A DNA stretch of 56,807 nucleotides, filler included, from Catajapyx aquilonaris (GCA_000934665.2; 2 parts of 2 records of this genome joined end to end with filler, not necessarily neighbours in it); one strand, 5' to 3'; shown: positions 1-13,848, counted from the first letter of the whole stretch. The notes: generated by a model not told the origin, from the sequence alone. Translations and numbers: made by a program.

Positions 1-648
1 AGGCAATTCTGACATGCTAAAATATAGCATATGGGTGGGGACTTTCGCACCCTCTCATACTGGATCTTATGCCCTCCATGCTGAAGAGTATCCTTCCACG
101 AAAAAGTCATTTTGACCAAAAGGTGGACTTATGCCCTTTCCATTCTGGGTGATTCACATGGAATCATCTGGGAAATTTTCAGAATCAAATTGTTTCACAT
201 TCAGTGCAGTGAAACTTGTTATAGCAGACATAGGATGTTGCAGAATTTGCATTCCTTCTGCAAAGTTACTTTAGTTGTGATCCAAAGTTTTAGCAGCTAA
301 TGTTAGGTTCATGGACTCGAGCTTTTTAAAGCCTGCAACGTGAGCTGGCCTGAAGAAGTTGGTATCACCATTCACCTCCACAATGCCAGTTATTCTAATA
401 AGTTCTTATGGAACAGAAATTGATTGAAATTACAAGCTTGAATAAGATTATTCAGCTCAGCCTACTATCATCAGCTAATACGTGTGGTAACCACTAAAAG
501 TAACATAAGATATGCAGTTTGATTTTTGAAGTAGCTAACTACAATGAACTTTTAAATTAGTACACCCCGTATATTTATGTGAATATGAAGAGATCTCCAT
601 GGGATCAAAAAAATTAGCTTTTATTATTTACTCTTGCTTCTTTTCCAG

Positions 649-3600
649 GTTATTTAAAAATGCGTCTTCTGACAAGTTGGTTGAGACACTTCATTACCCT
701 TCTGGAATAAGTGCCACTTGTGTTCTCAAATCACCTTACAGCAACACTTTTGACTTCAAAAATGTGAACATGTCAATCCGGAACTTCAAACTGCTTTCCA
801 AGTACTTTGAGCCAATGTGTGAAAGTGTATTTGTTCCAGGTAATTTTGCCATTGATATGTAAAGACTAGAATTGAAAACATTAACATGCTTCAAAATTCC
901 AGGACTACCTCTTGAAAACTTTGTCCCTCCTGCTCCTACAATCAAACCCGTAACAACTACCACTCGAGAACCTGGGAATGATAGTCACTGGTTACCAATC
1001 GTAACATCACCTGATCCTGAAATATTGAGGTGGGTAATTTTATTACGGAACTTGCCACTAATACTTAATTGCTATTTTCTTACTTTTAGGCACTACCCAA
1101 TTTGCATTTGCACAGAAGATAAGACAGAGTTCATCTGCCCAGCATATGGCTATACATCTCCGGATAAATTCAAAGTTGTGACAGGAGACTGGCTGTATGA
1201 TATTACAGGGCAAAATGAGTCGGAATATTACCTGAATACTAATGAGATATACCGGTAAGTTTCAAATTATGTTAGGAACTTGGTGTAAACAGTATATGTA
1301 GCATATTACTGTAAATGAAGCATGCTGATAAAATTGGGTATGACCAGATTATAGAAAATGCACTTTTTAGAAAATGACTAGGCTGGCAGGCAGGGTATGC
1401 CAGTACACTACCTGACAAAATTGCAGTCCCTAAATGTTTATTTTTCGACGGAAGCGGCATTGGCATTACCTGGTAACCGCGCCACCGATCGGAGGAAAGG
1501 ATCAATTCAGACATGATCACATGAAGGTCACTTACAGTGTTCTTTTGATTGTTGTCACTGTTTACAGGGAGTGAGTGACGCGAACAACCCAGCAACAGGT
1601 CTACCTGCTTACATAATACTCACAAAGGAAACGGTCAGGGTCGACCACCTCCGATTTGGTTGAAACTGTCTTGAGGGGTCATTCATGTGCGATAGACACT
1701 GTGGTGAAAGTGTTAGCTCGCACTGTCCAGCCGTTTCCGAGATATGAGCGACAGTAACATCCGAATTTTGGCCGCACGCATTTGCCGGGAACCGCTCTGC
1801 CAGCTCCAAATCCCTTCTACCTTGATTCCCCCCACTTTTTTCGATCCCACACCACCATCCCCCACTCCCCACTAACATTTTCGTTTTCCATAGTTTCTTT
1901 GCTCCGGTATTATGAGTTTTCCCCATTACCCAAGGTATAGAAGCTCTTTATTCGCAGTTGACAGAAGCGAAATAAAGCAGCTTGATGGAAGGGGGTGGGG
2001 GGAATCAAGGTAGAAGGGATTTGGAGCTGGCAGAGCGGCTCCCGGCAAATGCGCGCGGCCAAAATTCGGATGTTTCTGTCGCTCATATCTCGGAAACGGC
2101 TGGACAGTGCGAGCTAACACTTTCACCACTGTGTCTATTGCACATGAATGACCCCTCATGCCAGTTTCAACCAAATCGGAGGTGGTCGACCCTGACCGTT
2201 CCCTTGTCAGTGATACGCAGGGAAAAAACCGGGAAAATAATTATGTTAGAAGAAAGCCACTTTGGTAAAATGTTCCCTGCTGGACTCAAAAAATGGTTTT
2301 TGTCCACACCACACGAAATAGATTATATCCCTGGGGAGGGGGAGGGGGGTGTAATTAAAATCAGGGGTGTACGAATTGAAAGTGCTTCAATAACTGATAG
2401 ATTCTTTTGACTCAAGTGTCTTTAATGCACCGCTAAGATGAATGGTCTGCATGCCCTGTATGTCATTCACATAATTTGGCCCCTATGATGTCATATTTCA
2501 TGTGCCATGTTAGTTCTGTACTTCATCCTGGCACAAATATGACGTGAGTGGCATGTATGTGGGGCGACCATTTTGAAATATGACATCATATGAGGCTAAT
2601 AATTATATGAAGGACATAGGGGCATGGTGACCATTCGTCTTAGTGGTGTTGAATTACATGGAAAAGACACTTAAGCAGAAAGAATCTGTCAGTTGATTCA
2701 TGCACTCTCAATTAGCATACTCCGGATTTTAATTGACACTCCCCCTCCCCCTTCTCAGGGGTGGAATATATTTCTTGTGGAGTGGACAAAACCCTTTTTT
2801 TGAGTGCAACAGGGAACAGTTTCCTAAAGTGGCTTGCTTCTAACATCATTCTTTTCTCATTTCCCCCCTGCGTATTGCTGAGTATTATACAGGGTGTCTC
2901 AACTTTTTCGTCCGAACAGTTATTGGAAAAGCCTATGTATCTTCTAGCTATGTAGCCAGAACATGCCCCAACATTCCTGGCACATCCTTCAACTGATAAA
3001 GCCAGGGAAGCATCACTGGTTGCAAGTCACTGCTAAAAAATAAGCAGCATAGTGCAATATTTCCGATAATTGTTCGGACAAAAAAGTTGAGAGTTGAGTT
3101 GAGAGTATAAGCATATGATGCGAACGACCCAGCAAAGGGTCGTTGCTGGGTCGTTCGCATCACTCACTACCTGTAACCAGTGGCAACAATCGAAAGAACA
3201 CCGTAAGCACTTCCTTGTCATGATGTCTGAATTCACCATTCTCACGTCGGTGGCACGGTTGCCAGGTAACGCCGCCGCCACTGCTGCCGAAAAATCGACA
3301 TTTAGGGACTGCAATTTTGTCAGGTACTGTACAGTGTTGGACATTAATCAAGTCATACAGCTAGCGACATTTTCCGAAGCGGCAGAAGAACGAATCGAAG
3401 ATATGGATAGTGCAAGCCATGTGAGCAAATTTCGTTCTTCTGCCGCTTCGGAAAATGTCATTAGCAGTATGACTTGATTATGTCCAACACTGTACAAGTG
3501 GGATTTTGTCTATACAGGGTTTTCCAAGTATGTGGGTCACTTTAGTTGTATGAAATTTCTCTTGAAGCTGTAATTTTTAAGTAGCTTGTTGCGCCTCGAT

Positions 3601-6600
3601 CCAGGTGCCGTATTATTTAGCAACAACTATATTCAACCACCTGGAAGTGATGGGGCCCCTGGATCGGGGCACATTACGTATTAATTTATATGGGATAATT
3701 TTGAAGGTAAGGAGGAATTACCCAAATGATGCAGAAAAATTACTCAATTTTCTACTTCTCAGCCATATCCCCCAGGTATACTGGCCTCTTGTTCAACCCT
3801 GTTTTATACTGGCATGCTGCTTTATACACACCAAAATGCAGGAGTCATTGTTTTATGAAAAAGACTGACTTACTAACTAATAGAGGATTAGATCCAGTTG
3901 ATGATTTTACCTGCCAGTGGACAACATTACAATTCGAATTAATTTTCTCAGGTTGCGCAGGTATGGTGGCCTGTCATTTGGATTGGTTCGCTACTTTGTT
4001 CCAATAGAGTTTGGGTATGGTGCTCCAGCTCTCTTCTGGAAGGTGGCTGTTCGTCATGCAGCCAAAATCTGGTACAACAACAAAGGCTATCATGCACTAC
4101 CTACTTACATCAATACTATGAATAATGCCATTCTCAGGGCTAACTTGCCACCTGAGAAAGGAAACCCATCTGCTTATGGTAAGGGCTGTTAAAGGGTTTA
4201 GAATTCTGAATTTGCCAAATAGAAAATTAGGCCTACATTTAATGACCTAAATTTTTTAACTGATGTGTTTTTAAAAATTGTTGGGGGCAGTTGGGGGCAA
4301 CCACCAGTCATGAAAAAGGGTCCTTTACAAAACAGTGGGTCTCGCCTGAATTTTTAAATAATGTGATAGCTGGTGTGACCGATCACTTCATTTTGATGTA
4401 AAAATTATAGAGCTGGTATACTATGCCCTAATTGAATGCCCCAGTGGAGTGAATGAGTTGATGGATTAATCACCCCTGGTGACGTAAGGAAAGTCAGTGT
4501 CCAAGTTGCAGTGCAGTTGGATTTGGAATGATTGCCATGGTATTTTTTTGTGAATGGTGTAAGATGAAAATTACTCACTTCCCATGTACTGTACATATGG
4601 ATTGCAGGCGATGTAAAAATACGAAAAAAGGTAAAGGAAGCTGCAAACCTTGCACGTAAGTGGGACTGGCGTTTGCAAGCAGACCATGAGTGATTGATTC
4701 ATCAACCCTTCTCATGTTCTCCTCCTTGGGGACGCAACTATGTCAGTGTATTGCAACTTCTTGAAAAACAAATTTACGTACAAAGAATTATCCTTGGCAA
4801 GAAGAAGCCTAGTTAGTTATCTCTTTATATGGTGCAATGGCATGGAAATATACTTATTTTTTCTATGGAGAATACTTATAAAATTTATTTTATTCAGGTA
4901 TCACAGTCATAAATCATCCTATGCCTGACACTCAAGTCCTGGATTCAAATGACCAGATTTTGCAAGGAACAGATGTGCTGATAGCCATATTTGTCATAGT
5001 AGCCATGAGCTTTGTGCCAGCCAGTTTTGTCTTATTTCTGGTGTATGAACGATCCACAAAAGCCAAGCACTTGCAATTGGTCAGTGGAGTGCATCAGATA
5101 GTTTACTGGGTTGCCAACTTAGTCTGGGACATGGTAAGCATTACACACATAAAAATTATTGTTTTATTTTTTCTAACCTTTCAACAATTAAGCATGATGC
5201 ACTGTTAGCATCACTCACTATTTGGATAACTGAGACAACTTGGCCTCTACTTTCAGTGTAATTACACTGTGCCTGCTGCATGCTGTGTTTTGATTCTTCT
5301 GATATTCGACATCCCTGCCTACACATCAGATAAAAACTTCCCTGCTGTAGTCTCTCTTTTTCTTTTGTATGGGTGAGTTGACATTTTTACACATTTTTGA
5401 TAGATTAATGTAGAGTAGCACTCCAGTTTAAAATATAATTTTTGTTCAGAGCCATGTAAAAAGAATCTCATCTTGAGCTAATTTTACTGGCTATAAAGGT
5501 TTTTAAATACCATCATAATTATATTCTAAGGACTTGTTGCGGCATATGTCACCTATGGCCAATGAAAGTAAATTATTAATTATTTGTCTGTGTAAATATT
5601 CTGAAGTTAATAAATTGTGTTAAAAACTTGTCAATGACATAGTATAACATGGATATATCAGGTGGACTGATGGCTGATTTCATATGAAGGGCCATGTATG
5701 GCTGACGGCACTCCATAATTATGTACAGTAAGATTTTTCACTAATATTTGTCCAGTCATGTCAAATTAATTTACAAAATTAGAGGGGTCGAATCTTAAAT
5801 TTTTTGTCCAGGTGCAACGTTTGCACTCCAGACTTTCATTTGGTGTGGAAATTAGTTACATGGAGTGCTTAATTTTTAATTACTGGGTTCAGCAATGTTA
5901 AATAACAAGTCAACTGGAGTGCAAGCGTTGCACTTCAAGGCTCAGTTTGGAGTGCAGATAACAATTTTGGAGTGCAAATTGCACCTTTGCATCCGAATAT
6001 TTTGACCCCTGAAATTCCTGTAAAAGTGCAAATATATCATTTTTGACAATTTGACAATTTCCTCTGACTTGTGAGCCTTGTGCCTTTGAAATTCTCTAAT
6101 GCTCTTGCAATATAGAAATTCAGGATCGTTAACAACTACAACTATGCAATGGGTAAAACATGACATGATATGATACACTTGTCTAGGTCATTTCCGTCTC
6201 ACGTACACATAGAGATCAAACATTGTTGGACAGTGTACTACTCTATATTATTATTTGCATGTAGTATGCAGGAACATGTTAATATATTGCAAATATTGTG
6301 GTTCATTAGAATTAAGGAGATACCAGTGTCACTCTTGTAATTTTTTAATATTGAATTACTTGATTTGTTGCTAAGGGGATCTTCAGATAATTATCTGCCA
6401 TGTTACAGGTGGTCCATCACACCAATGATGTATCCAGCATCATTCTTGTTCAAAGGACCAAGTACAGCATATATATTCCTCATTGTGATAAACCTCTTCA
6501 CTGGAATCACATGCATAGTTACATCATTTCTTCTAGAGGTTTTCTCATATGACAAGGTTGGTTTAGTTATGTGTAACTAGCTGGAATCTCATGGACTCTG

Positions 6601-9600
6601 TGAGCCCCAGTTCCCCCAAATCTTCTGCAAGTGACATACCTCTGTGATCCAGAGAGCAGTATTTGGGTGTCCCAGGCATATTGCGGGAAAGGTCCTGTAA
6701 GCTGCAGGTGGGTCCAACCTGTTACAAGTCAGTAGTAGGTATAAAGAATTGGGGTTTCTGTTTGCTCTTGTATCACATGTAAGAGAACTATTAAATTACT
6801 ATTTCACAGATTCCCCAAGCTTTCAGAACATATGCCTCAGTCAGCAGCAGAATGTGTACCTGCTCCCATAGGTCTTTGTCCCTCCCTGGTATGAAACTCC
6901 AGTTCCTTTCACTTCTCATCATCCTGAAAGTCGACTGCCAAAATGCAAATATTTGTAATGATCAGTGTCGAATAATTTATTGCCATCTTGGAAACCTCTC
7001 TCCCATAGCTCCCATACTACCAGGAGTCCATGAGAATCCAGTCCAATTTGTAACAAAACTACAAGACTTTATCCCCTGTTTCAGTATTTGGAAGAAGTGC
7101 ACATCTTGCTCAAGTCAATATTTTTGATCTTCCCCAATTATTGCCTTGGCCGAGGCTTGATGGATATTGCGTTTAATGAATACCACAATGTATTCTTCCT
7201 GAAGACCGGCCAATATCACAAGATTAAGTCACCATTTGCATGGGATTTGGTCACAAGGAATCTGATGGCAATGGCTATTTGTGGAGTTACTTTTTTTGTT
7301 ATCACCCTGGTGTGTGAGTTTAACTTCTTCAGAAAGAAAGCGTGAGTGTTCTTCTCTATTTTTATTATGGGTTTGTTTTGATAACAGCAGGTGTAGATTT
7401 TTAAAATTCACTTTACGAGGTGCAGTCAAAAATTACTTGCGCGTAATTTTTTTTATTGACACAAGAGCAATGTATAGTCTTTTGCTTTCGCCTAGACCTT
7501 GCTACACTCTCCCTCTCTTGCTACACATTTCCCCCAACAGTGTACCCATTTTCGGTATGCCCCCAAAAAATCATCTTCTGGGGTCCTTTTCCCATACTGG
7601 AAAATGACACTCCTGAGGGCTTCGCGAGAAGGGAACTTACGAGCCCTGAGCTCATCTTTGAAGGTAGGAAACAGCCAAATCGCTTGGAGCCAAGTCCGGA
7701 GAGTAGGGGGTGTGTGGCAAGAGCTCTATATTGTGGTCCTTCAGCACGTTCTTCACCTGGAGAGCTCGATGTGGTGGGGCGTTGTCTTGATGCAGGGTCA
7801 AGCCTGTTGCCAAACTCTGGCAGAGTTTGGCAATGGCGGGTAGAAGTCCTGATGGCAAGAGATTTGCAAAGCCCCTCCCGGTCACCGTGGTGCCCTTTGG
7901 AACCGGACGGCAGTGCCTGTCCCAAAACATTGCGTACAGGACCTTTTCAGCGGATGGCTGAACACAGAATTTTTTGGGTGGGGGTGAGGCAACATGTCCA
8001 CTGGATCGTCCGTAAGGGCATGAAGGAGTTCCCACATATGACCTGCATGTCTTTGAGGATCACAGGAGCACTTTTCCCTTGCACAAAAAGAAATCACACC
8101 ACATGTTGATCGGATATGCTGAAGTCCGCCATTTAGCTAGTGTCAGTAAGGCGCTATGTCCACAGGGCTGTGAAACAGGCACCTGGTCAGTGTGAAATTT
8201 GAAACAGCTATCAAAAAATCCCACATGGGCCGAATTTCATCTTCCTTTAAATGCAAATATGCAAATGTTATGCGCAATGGCTAAAAAAAATACACACAGG
8301 TAATTTTTGACTGCACCTCATACAATAATGCTGTTAGTCAGGAATAAAAGAAAGATGAATTATAATAATCCATAACATTTTCCAAAAAGTGCATTTTTGT
8401 AAAGTGGTGAAACTATGAAGGAACACTACATAGGTTGTGGACTGCTGTTTAGGTTCAAATTCACCCTATTGCATCAGAACTAGTTGATTCTGAACAAGGT
8501 CTGAAATTGTGGTATTGAAAGCCACAGAAAAATTTACCCTTGATGGACATTATTCTTTTCAACAGTAAGTCTAACAATAACAAAAATAAATCCTCCGTCC
8601 ACACTCTACACTTAAAAGTAGGACTGAACTGGGCCTTTGGTCTTTGGATGAAACTGGCTTGGGGGATGTGTTATGTAGCCAACCCAAAGGATATGCAGCA
8701 TGTTTTCCAATCAGATGTGCAGAAGTGCAAGTTAACCAGTGAAATAATTATCTCCGGAAACCAAAGAAATCCAGTCAGTTGCAGAGGATGAGAAAACATT
8801 AGTAGGAATAAGGTTAATCAAGTAACATGCCAATATATTGCTTTTCTTATCTAGAGGTGTACGAGCGTTTATACGCAGCTTTTGTTGCCTAACAGTTAAA
8901 TCCCAGTCACACAGGCACTTTTTAAACCAAAAGAATTTTAGGTTCATTTTTTATATGTGAAACTGAGCTACTGAAGTTCACTTTAGGAAAGAAATGGTTG
9001 CATAGGTAGACTGTAAGCCTGCCTTCCATAAAAATGATGGTTGATGCATTTGTTAAAGTCTGGTATTATTGTTGAAAAGCAGTCATGTCATTTTGAGACT
9101 GCAGATAGTTTGTATTTTTATGCACAGGTATTTTGTGATGCCCAAGTCGAAACCAGAGAATGAAGATGAAGATGTTGCCAATGAGAGGAGACGTGTGTCA
9201 AGGAGCCATGCAAGAGAGGATGTGCTTCTGATAAAGAACCTTACAAAAGTTTACAACACTCGCAAGGTTGGGCAGCATTTGGCTGTTGATCGCCTATGCC
9301 TGGGAGTACCTGAAGGCGAGGTACAATTTTTTGATCTTTACAGTTGGTCCATAATAATTACAGTTTCTGTTGCATAAAAAATAAGTCAACCAGTAAATTG
9401 CAATACTATTGGTTTACTACTCTGCTTTTACAAGTAGCTGAAATTAGCTAAAGTCGAAGTTATTAATTTTTCCTGAAGTATCCCCAAGCTTTAACCAATT
9501 GACTAGAAAAGGATTCCTAATTAACAACTTTTATTATTGTTAAAGCTTACAGTGTGCATACTAGAGTATCATGATTATTGAAATAAAAAGGGTTTTGGTT

Positions 9601-10345
9601 TGACAGATTTTAGACTGAAGGATTGATACTGATTTTCCCTTCTTCAGTGCTTCGGCCTCTTGGGTGTGAATGGTGCTGGCAAGACTACCACATTTAAAAT
9701 GCTTACTGGTGATACAATAATTACCAGTGGAGATGCTTTTATAAATTCACACAGCATCAAGCGCAATTGTCGACAGGTTCAGCACTACTTAGGCTATTGC
9801 CCCCAGTTTGATGCCCTGTATGATGAATTGACATCCCGGGAGCATCTCACCTTGTATGCACGCTTCAGGGGCATTCCATGGAAAGAAGTCCAACAAGTGG
9901 TTGACTGGGCACTAGAAAAGCTTGACCTACTTAAATATGCAGATCGTCCCAGTGGAACTTACAGTGGTGGAAACAAGAGGAAGTTGTCAACTGCTATTGC
10001 ATTGCTTGGTGGACCTCCCATCATATTTTTGGTAAGGTTGACATGTTTTAATATACCCATTTTAACCTTGCCTGGCAATGGAAGTGTCTCCACTTTCTTC
10101 CTGCCAAGCAATGTCTAAAAATCACATACAACTGCTTGCATTACTGGCTGATGGGAAGGAAGAGGTGGGACTGTACTTCTGCTGCAAGGTAGGCTTAGAT
10201 GGGGCAGCATTCAGGACGACACCACAGATATTAAGAGGGTGTTATTGTTTTTGCTGATACCACTTACAGTACTGTAATAGTGCACAAGTAGTGATCCCAG
10301 TAAAATGGGAGTTTACTAGGCTTTTGAAAATTCCCAACTGGTGTC

Positions 10346-10391
<46 letters not shown>

Positions 10392-13300
10392 CAAATTACC
10401 TCACTCTATACCTGCTGGCTGTCTTTCCCCCTTCCTTGTGTGCCTATATGGAAGCTGGAATATCATTAGTAATAATTTTATTTATGTGTTTTACAGGATG
10501 AACCCACAACAGGCATGGATCCATATTCTCGTCGTTTCCTCTGGAATCTGATTGGTTCCTTAGTTCGCAGTGGCAGATCAGTTATCCTGACCTCCCATTC
10601 CATGGAGGAATGTGAAGTCCTCTGTACGCGATTGGCAATTATGGTCAATGGAAACTTTAAATGTTTGGGTAGCACGCAACACTTGAAAAACCGGTTTGGA
10701 GAAGGCTATTCCATAACGCTCCGGACAGTGCCTCTGCAAGCTGCACCAGATGCCAACCAACATGAGGTCATAGAGGATTACTTTAGGAGGAAGTTTCCTG
10801 AAGCTTGCCTCAAGGTGAGGCAGCAAGACTAATATCTTAATTTTGCACAAGGAAGACTGGGGAGAGCTGCAGGGCAGATCCTGGGCTGGGGGTGGGGGGC
10901 GGGGGGGTGGGGGGGAAATCGAGATGCCCAATTATTCCCAGGTGTGGTTGAATTGAGCACACACGGATACACAAAACAATCACTGCATTTTCCCAAGATG
11001 GGGTCGAGCAATAACTAGGTGCATGTGGTACTACTGTATATCACTCGAAAAGATGAACCCAATTTTGTATTTGGTTGCAATGCAAAATCGTCTCCCATCT
11101 TTTTGAGTGATATAGTACACCTGACCATCTCACATGACTGATACAGTATATGATAATCCTCTGGTGACTGGTCAGGCCACACAGAGGATGTAATGGAAGT
11201 AGTGGGGATGTAAATGATGAATATATCCGCACACACAGAGAATAGAGCAGCTGCTATGTAATTGTGCATCTCAATTGAGGTGTACAAGAGCTACACAAAA
11301 ATAGCAACTTGGGGCAAAATTTGCAAAAACTGGAAAGACTAGCATCTCTCAACCTTAATCAGCTTTTGCAAAAATCTTAATTTCAAACTGTCACTTTTGC
11401 AATATTTTCCACCAGGTTGAGAATGGGGATACTTCTACCTGGAATTGGGAGCCAAACTGCAGCAGTGGGTCATTGCCTGTGAGACACTATAGCAAAGACA
11501 CTTCATCACAAGAACCTTCCAATGCTTTCTAATGGAAAATTACATGGCTACCAGTTTCCGCCTATGCATTGCAATCCAAGAAATCTCTCCAGTCCTTGCT
11601 GTTCTACATTGTTCTGAAGCCATTAATCACCTATCTTAATTAACTTATGCCACATACACCTCTCTAATACACCTTAGATTCAGCCGTATCCATGTTCCTC
11701 CTGATGCATGCACAGCAAGGCTTAATATAAAAAGCACCCTTACACTTAAAGACACTCCCCATTTGGTCCAGGCATGTCTTCCTAGGCCTACTCTTACCAA
11801 CAACTGCATCAAAATACACCCACACACCTTATTCCGATTGGTAGTTTTAACTTTGCATGTCTGCAAAAGCTAATATTTTTGTATCTTACCTGACTCACAC
11901 AAAAGATTTTATTAACTGGTGGATGTTTAATATGGGAGAAAATAGAACCCTGAGGAAATCCCTAATGATGATGCTACCTAATATTGCACAGCATGTCTGT
12001 ATTTGATGCAAAATTTTAATATTTATTTTCAGGAACGTCACTTAAACATTCTGCAGTATGAGATACGATCTTCAAATGTATCTCTAGCATACATCTTCAG
12101 GGAAATGGAGCTAGCTACAAGAGAACTGCAGATTGAGGACTACTCAGTTTCACAGAACACATTGGACAATGTACGTTACATTTTAGGGTAACCGAATTAT
12201 TTAAAGTACCATAACTTGGCGGCATGGTGGTCTAGCGGCTATGCCGCTGGCCAGCCAAGCGGGAGGCCGGGGTTCAAATCCCGTCCCCGTCACCTCTGCT
12301 TGGCCGGGTCTTTTTCCGCTTTTCACCCAACATGCCAGGGCAGATTGCACTCCCTACTCTGCCTGGGGCCAGCAGAAAAGGTCTAGTGTATTTCACAGAG
12401 TCAGAAATGACTAATATTCAGCACCCTCCCTTTGGAACCCCCCTTCCCCCCCTAAGAGGGCTCCGCCCTATCACGGGGTAATTTTTTTAAATAAAAAAAG
12501 TACCATAACTTAAAACCACTTAATGGGCTCCTTTCACATCTGCGGGAAGTGACCAGTCCAGCCAGCAGCAAGCCTGTTTGTGACCAGGAACTGCTGCTAA
12601 GCTCAGGGGTTGTTGCAGGAAAGTGTCACACAACAATCGTTCTTGGCTGCAAATATGCATGTAACAGCTGGACAGGTCACTTTTCGAAGACACTAAGAAG
12701 ACCATAGCTTATCCATGGTCACTGTGCATATACATAGGTTGATTCATAAGTCATGGCGTGTATTTTTTTATTCAAAAACTGTAACACATACAGAGATGAC
12801 CTTTGCTGAGTTTTGAAGATCCGGTGATTACAATTTGATCTGGAATACAGATGTCGCCCATATCGCGAGGGGGAAACCAAGGGGTAATGTGACCTCCCCA
12901 CCGCACCATCACCCTAAGACGGCCAGAGCCTGACACACTTGGAGCTGTTGGACGCTGCATGCTGGACACTCGCCGATGGACAACACTGGAATTTTCTTTC
13001 GAGTGTGGGATAAGTCAGAGCACTATGACCGGAGCCATGTGTCATCCATCGCCACAAACCGTTCGAAAACACAATCGCCCTCAATGCAATCGAGTTCCGA
13101 GCGAAGGCGAAATGGTGGCTTTTTTGCACCTCAAAGAGATGGTGAGGAACCAGTGATGATGCCAACTTCCTGAGACCTTTCAGTGTTTCAGAGTCCGAAG
13201 CATAGTGCTCTGACTTGTCCCACACTCGAAGGCAAGCGCCTTTGTTGTCCATCGCCGAGTGTCCTGCATGCAATGTCCAACAGCTCCAAGCACGTCAGGC

Positions 13301-13848
13301 TCCGGCCATCTTAGGCGATGGTGCGGCGGAGGGGAGGGGGTTCACACTCCCCCTTCGTTTCCCTGCCCCATGGTGTTGTAGGGGTCGAATGTTAAAATTT
13401 ACATTATTTTCAAATATCATAGTGCCACAATGAGTGAAACATGGAAGTAACCTATTTCTTCATTGTACGACAGGTGTTCATAAACTTTGTGAAACAGCAA
13501 ACTGATCGGCGGAGGAAGGTGAGTCCAAGCCCATTAGGAGGCAAGGACTTGGCATCTCCAGATGAAGTATTGCTTGAGTACCTGGGTGAAGAGGATAGGG
13601 TGCTGAGCAGCCTTCAGGTTAGTAAAATGTACATTTCCTGAAAATTATCTGCCTACCCTATAGCAGTCCTGGTGTAAGGTTGCACAAGGATCTTCCATAG
13701 CAGGGAACAATTCTTCATTAGTCTAGCGGCGATCAAGCTTGAAATGATGTTACTTTTTGTTTTATACCAATTCTGCCCGTAGACCTTAATTGTGCTTTTT
13801 TGTTCCTTTCAGGCCCAATTTAATCATCCGCCAGATGCTGCCTTCTGA
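649..13848 (+). CDS. ABCA2: ABCA-subfamily transporter, ABCA2-like; 3' part only (5' exons lie upstream of the window)
   Basis: 14 GT-AG exons that splice in frame: 649-839, 903-1029, 1090-1254, 3952-4178, 4898-5133, 5257-5372, 6409-6556, 7085-7341, 9128-9320, 9648-10031, 10497-10814, 12033-12170, 13474-13617, 13813-13848 (TGA); about 890 codons. NBD2 has Walker A GVNGAGKT, signature [10 protein letters not shown], Walker B IIFLDEPTTG and C-terminal VFINF. Segments I recall as ABCA2-typical: [71 protein letters not shown]. The last exon (13813-13848) is the least certain. Confidence 0.9.
1614..2887. mobile_element. Foldback MITE with about 240-bp arms; right terminus displaced by a nested element
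   Basis: 1614-1854 is near-perfectly inverted at about 1995-2211; the terminal TAATACTC is matched by GAGTATTA at 2880-2887. Confidence 0.75.
2207..2881. mobile_element. Older, diverged foldback MITE (about 670 bp)
   Basis: Inverted arms ATACGCAGGG...TGATGTCATATTTCA and TGAAATATGACATCA...CCCTGCGTAT, alignable by eye over about 290 bp. Confidence 0.7.
2890..3092. mobile_element. CAGGGTG-terminus Tc1/mariner MITE, right TIR truncated
   Basis: TA|CAGGGTGTCTCAACTTTTTCGTCCGAACAGTTA ... TAATTGTTCGGACAAAAAAGTTGAGA; same family as 41913-42240. Confidence 0.65.
3332..3492. mobile_element. 161-bp palindromic TA-MITE (family A)
   Basis: TA|CAGTGTTGGACA...GACATTTTCCGAAGCGGCAGAAGAA loop TTCTTCTGCCGCTTCGGAAAATGTC...TGTCCAACACTG|TA; four copies in the window. 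Confidence 0.85.
5782..6011. mobile_element. Degenerate MITE with (C)AGGGGTC termini and internal GGAGTGCA repeats
   Basis: AGGGGTCGAAT ... ATTTTGACCCCTG; repeated TGGAGTGCA / TGCACTCCA motifs. Confidence 0.4.
7416..8320 (-). mobile_element. Internally deleted mariner (DD34D) transposon
   Basis: TIRs TA|CGAGGTGCAGTCAAAAATTAC ... GTAATTTTTGACTGCACCTCA|TA. Minus-strand remnant [19 protein letters not shown] and LHQDNAPPH...[10 protein letters not shown], with 34 residues between the catalytic Ds; frameshifts and stops present. Confidence 0.9.
10346..10390. repeat. (AAT)n microsatellite
   Basis: About 15 perfect AAT units in an ABCA2 intron. Confidence 0.95.
11036..11115. mobile_element. About 80-bp palindromic TA-MITE (family B), CpG-decayed copy
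   Basis: TATATCACTCGAAAAGATG ... CATCTTTTTGAGTGATATAG|TA; homologous to 40186-40264. Confidence 0.65.
12218..12496 (+). mobile_element. tRNA-derived SINE with 15-bp TSD
   Basis: A box TGGTCTAGCGG, B box GGTTCAAATCC, A/T-rich tail; TSD AAAGTACCATAACTT at 12203-12217 and 12497-12511. Confidence 0.85.
12871..13363. mobile_element. Foldback element with about 160-bp inverted arms
   Basis: CCGCACCATCACCCTAAGACGGCCAGAGCCTGAC...AAGTCAGAGCACTATG is inverted at CATAGTGCTCTGACTT...GTCAGGCTCCGGCCATCTTAGGCGATGGTGCGG. Confidence 0.75.

Larger units (their letters stand above)
1406..3329. mobile_element. Tc1-type TA-flanked element with about 190-bp inverted arms, hosting nested insertions
   Basis: TA|CACTACCTGACAAAATTGCAGTCCCTAAATGT ... 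ACATTTAGGGACTGCAATTTTGTCAGGTACTG|TA; arms 1406-1600 and 3140-3329; related to 32411-33051. Confidence 0.7.

Noticed and set aside
1609..2410. Paired similar ORFs on opposite strands (also at 28572, 45588 and 42915)
   Set aside because: Mirror translations of inverted-repeat arms, not duplicated host genes.
7456..8109. 217-aa + strand ORF
   Set aside because: Antisense frame of the decayed mariner transposase; no recognisable domain.
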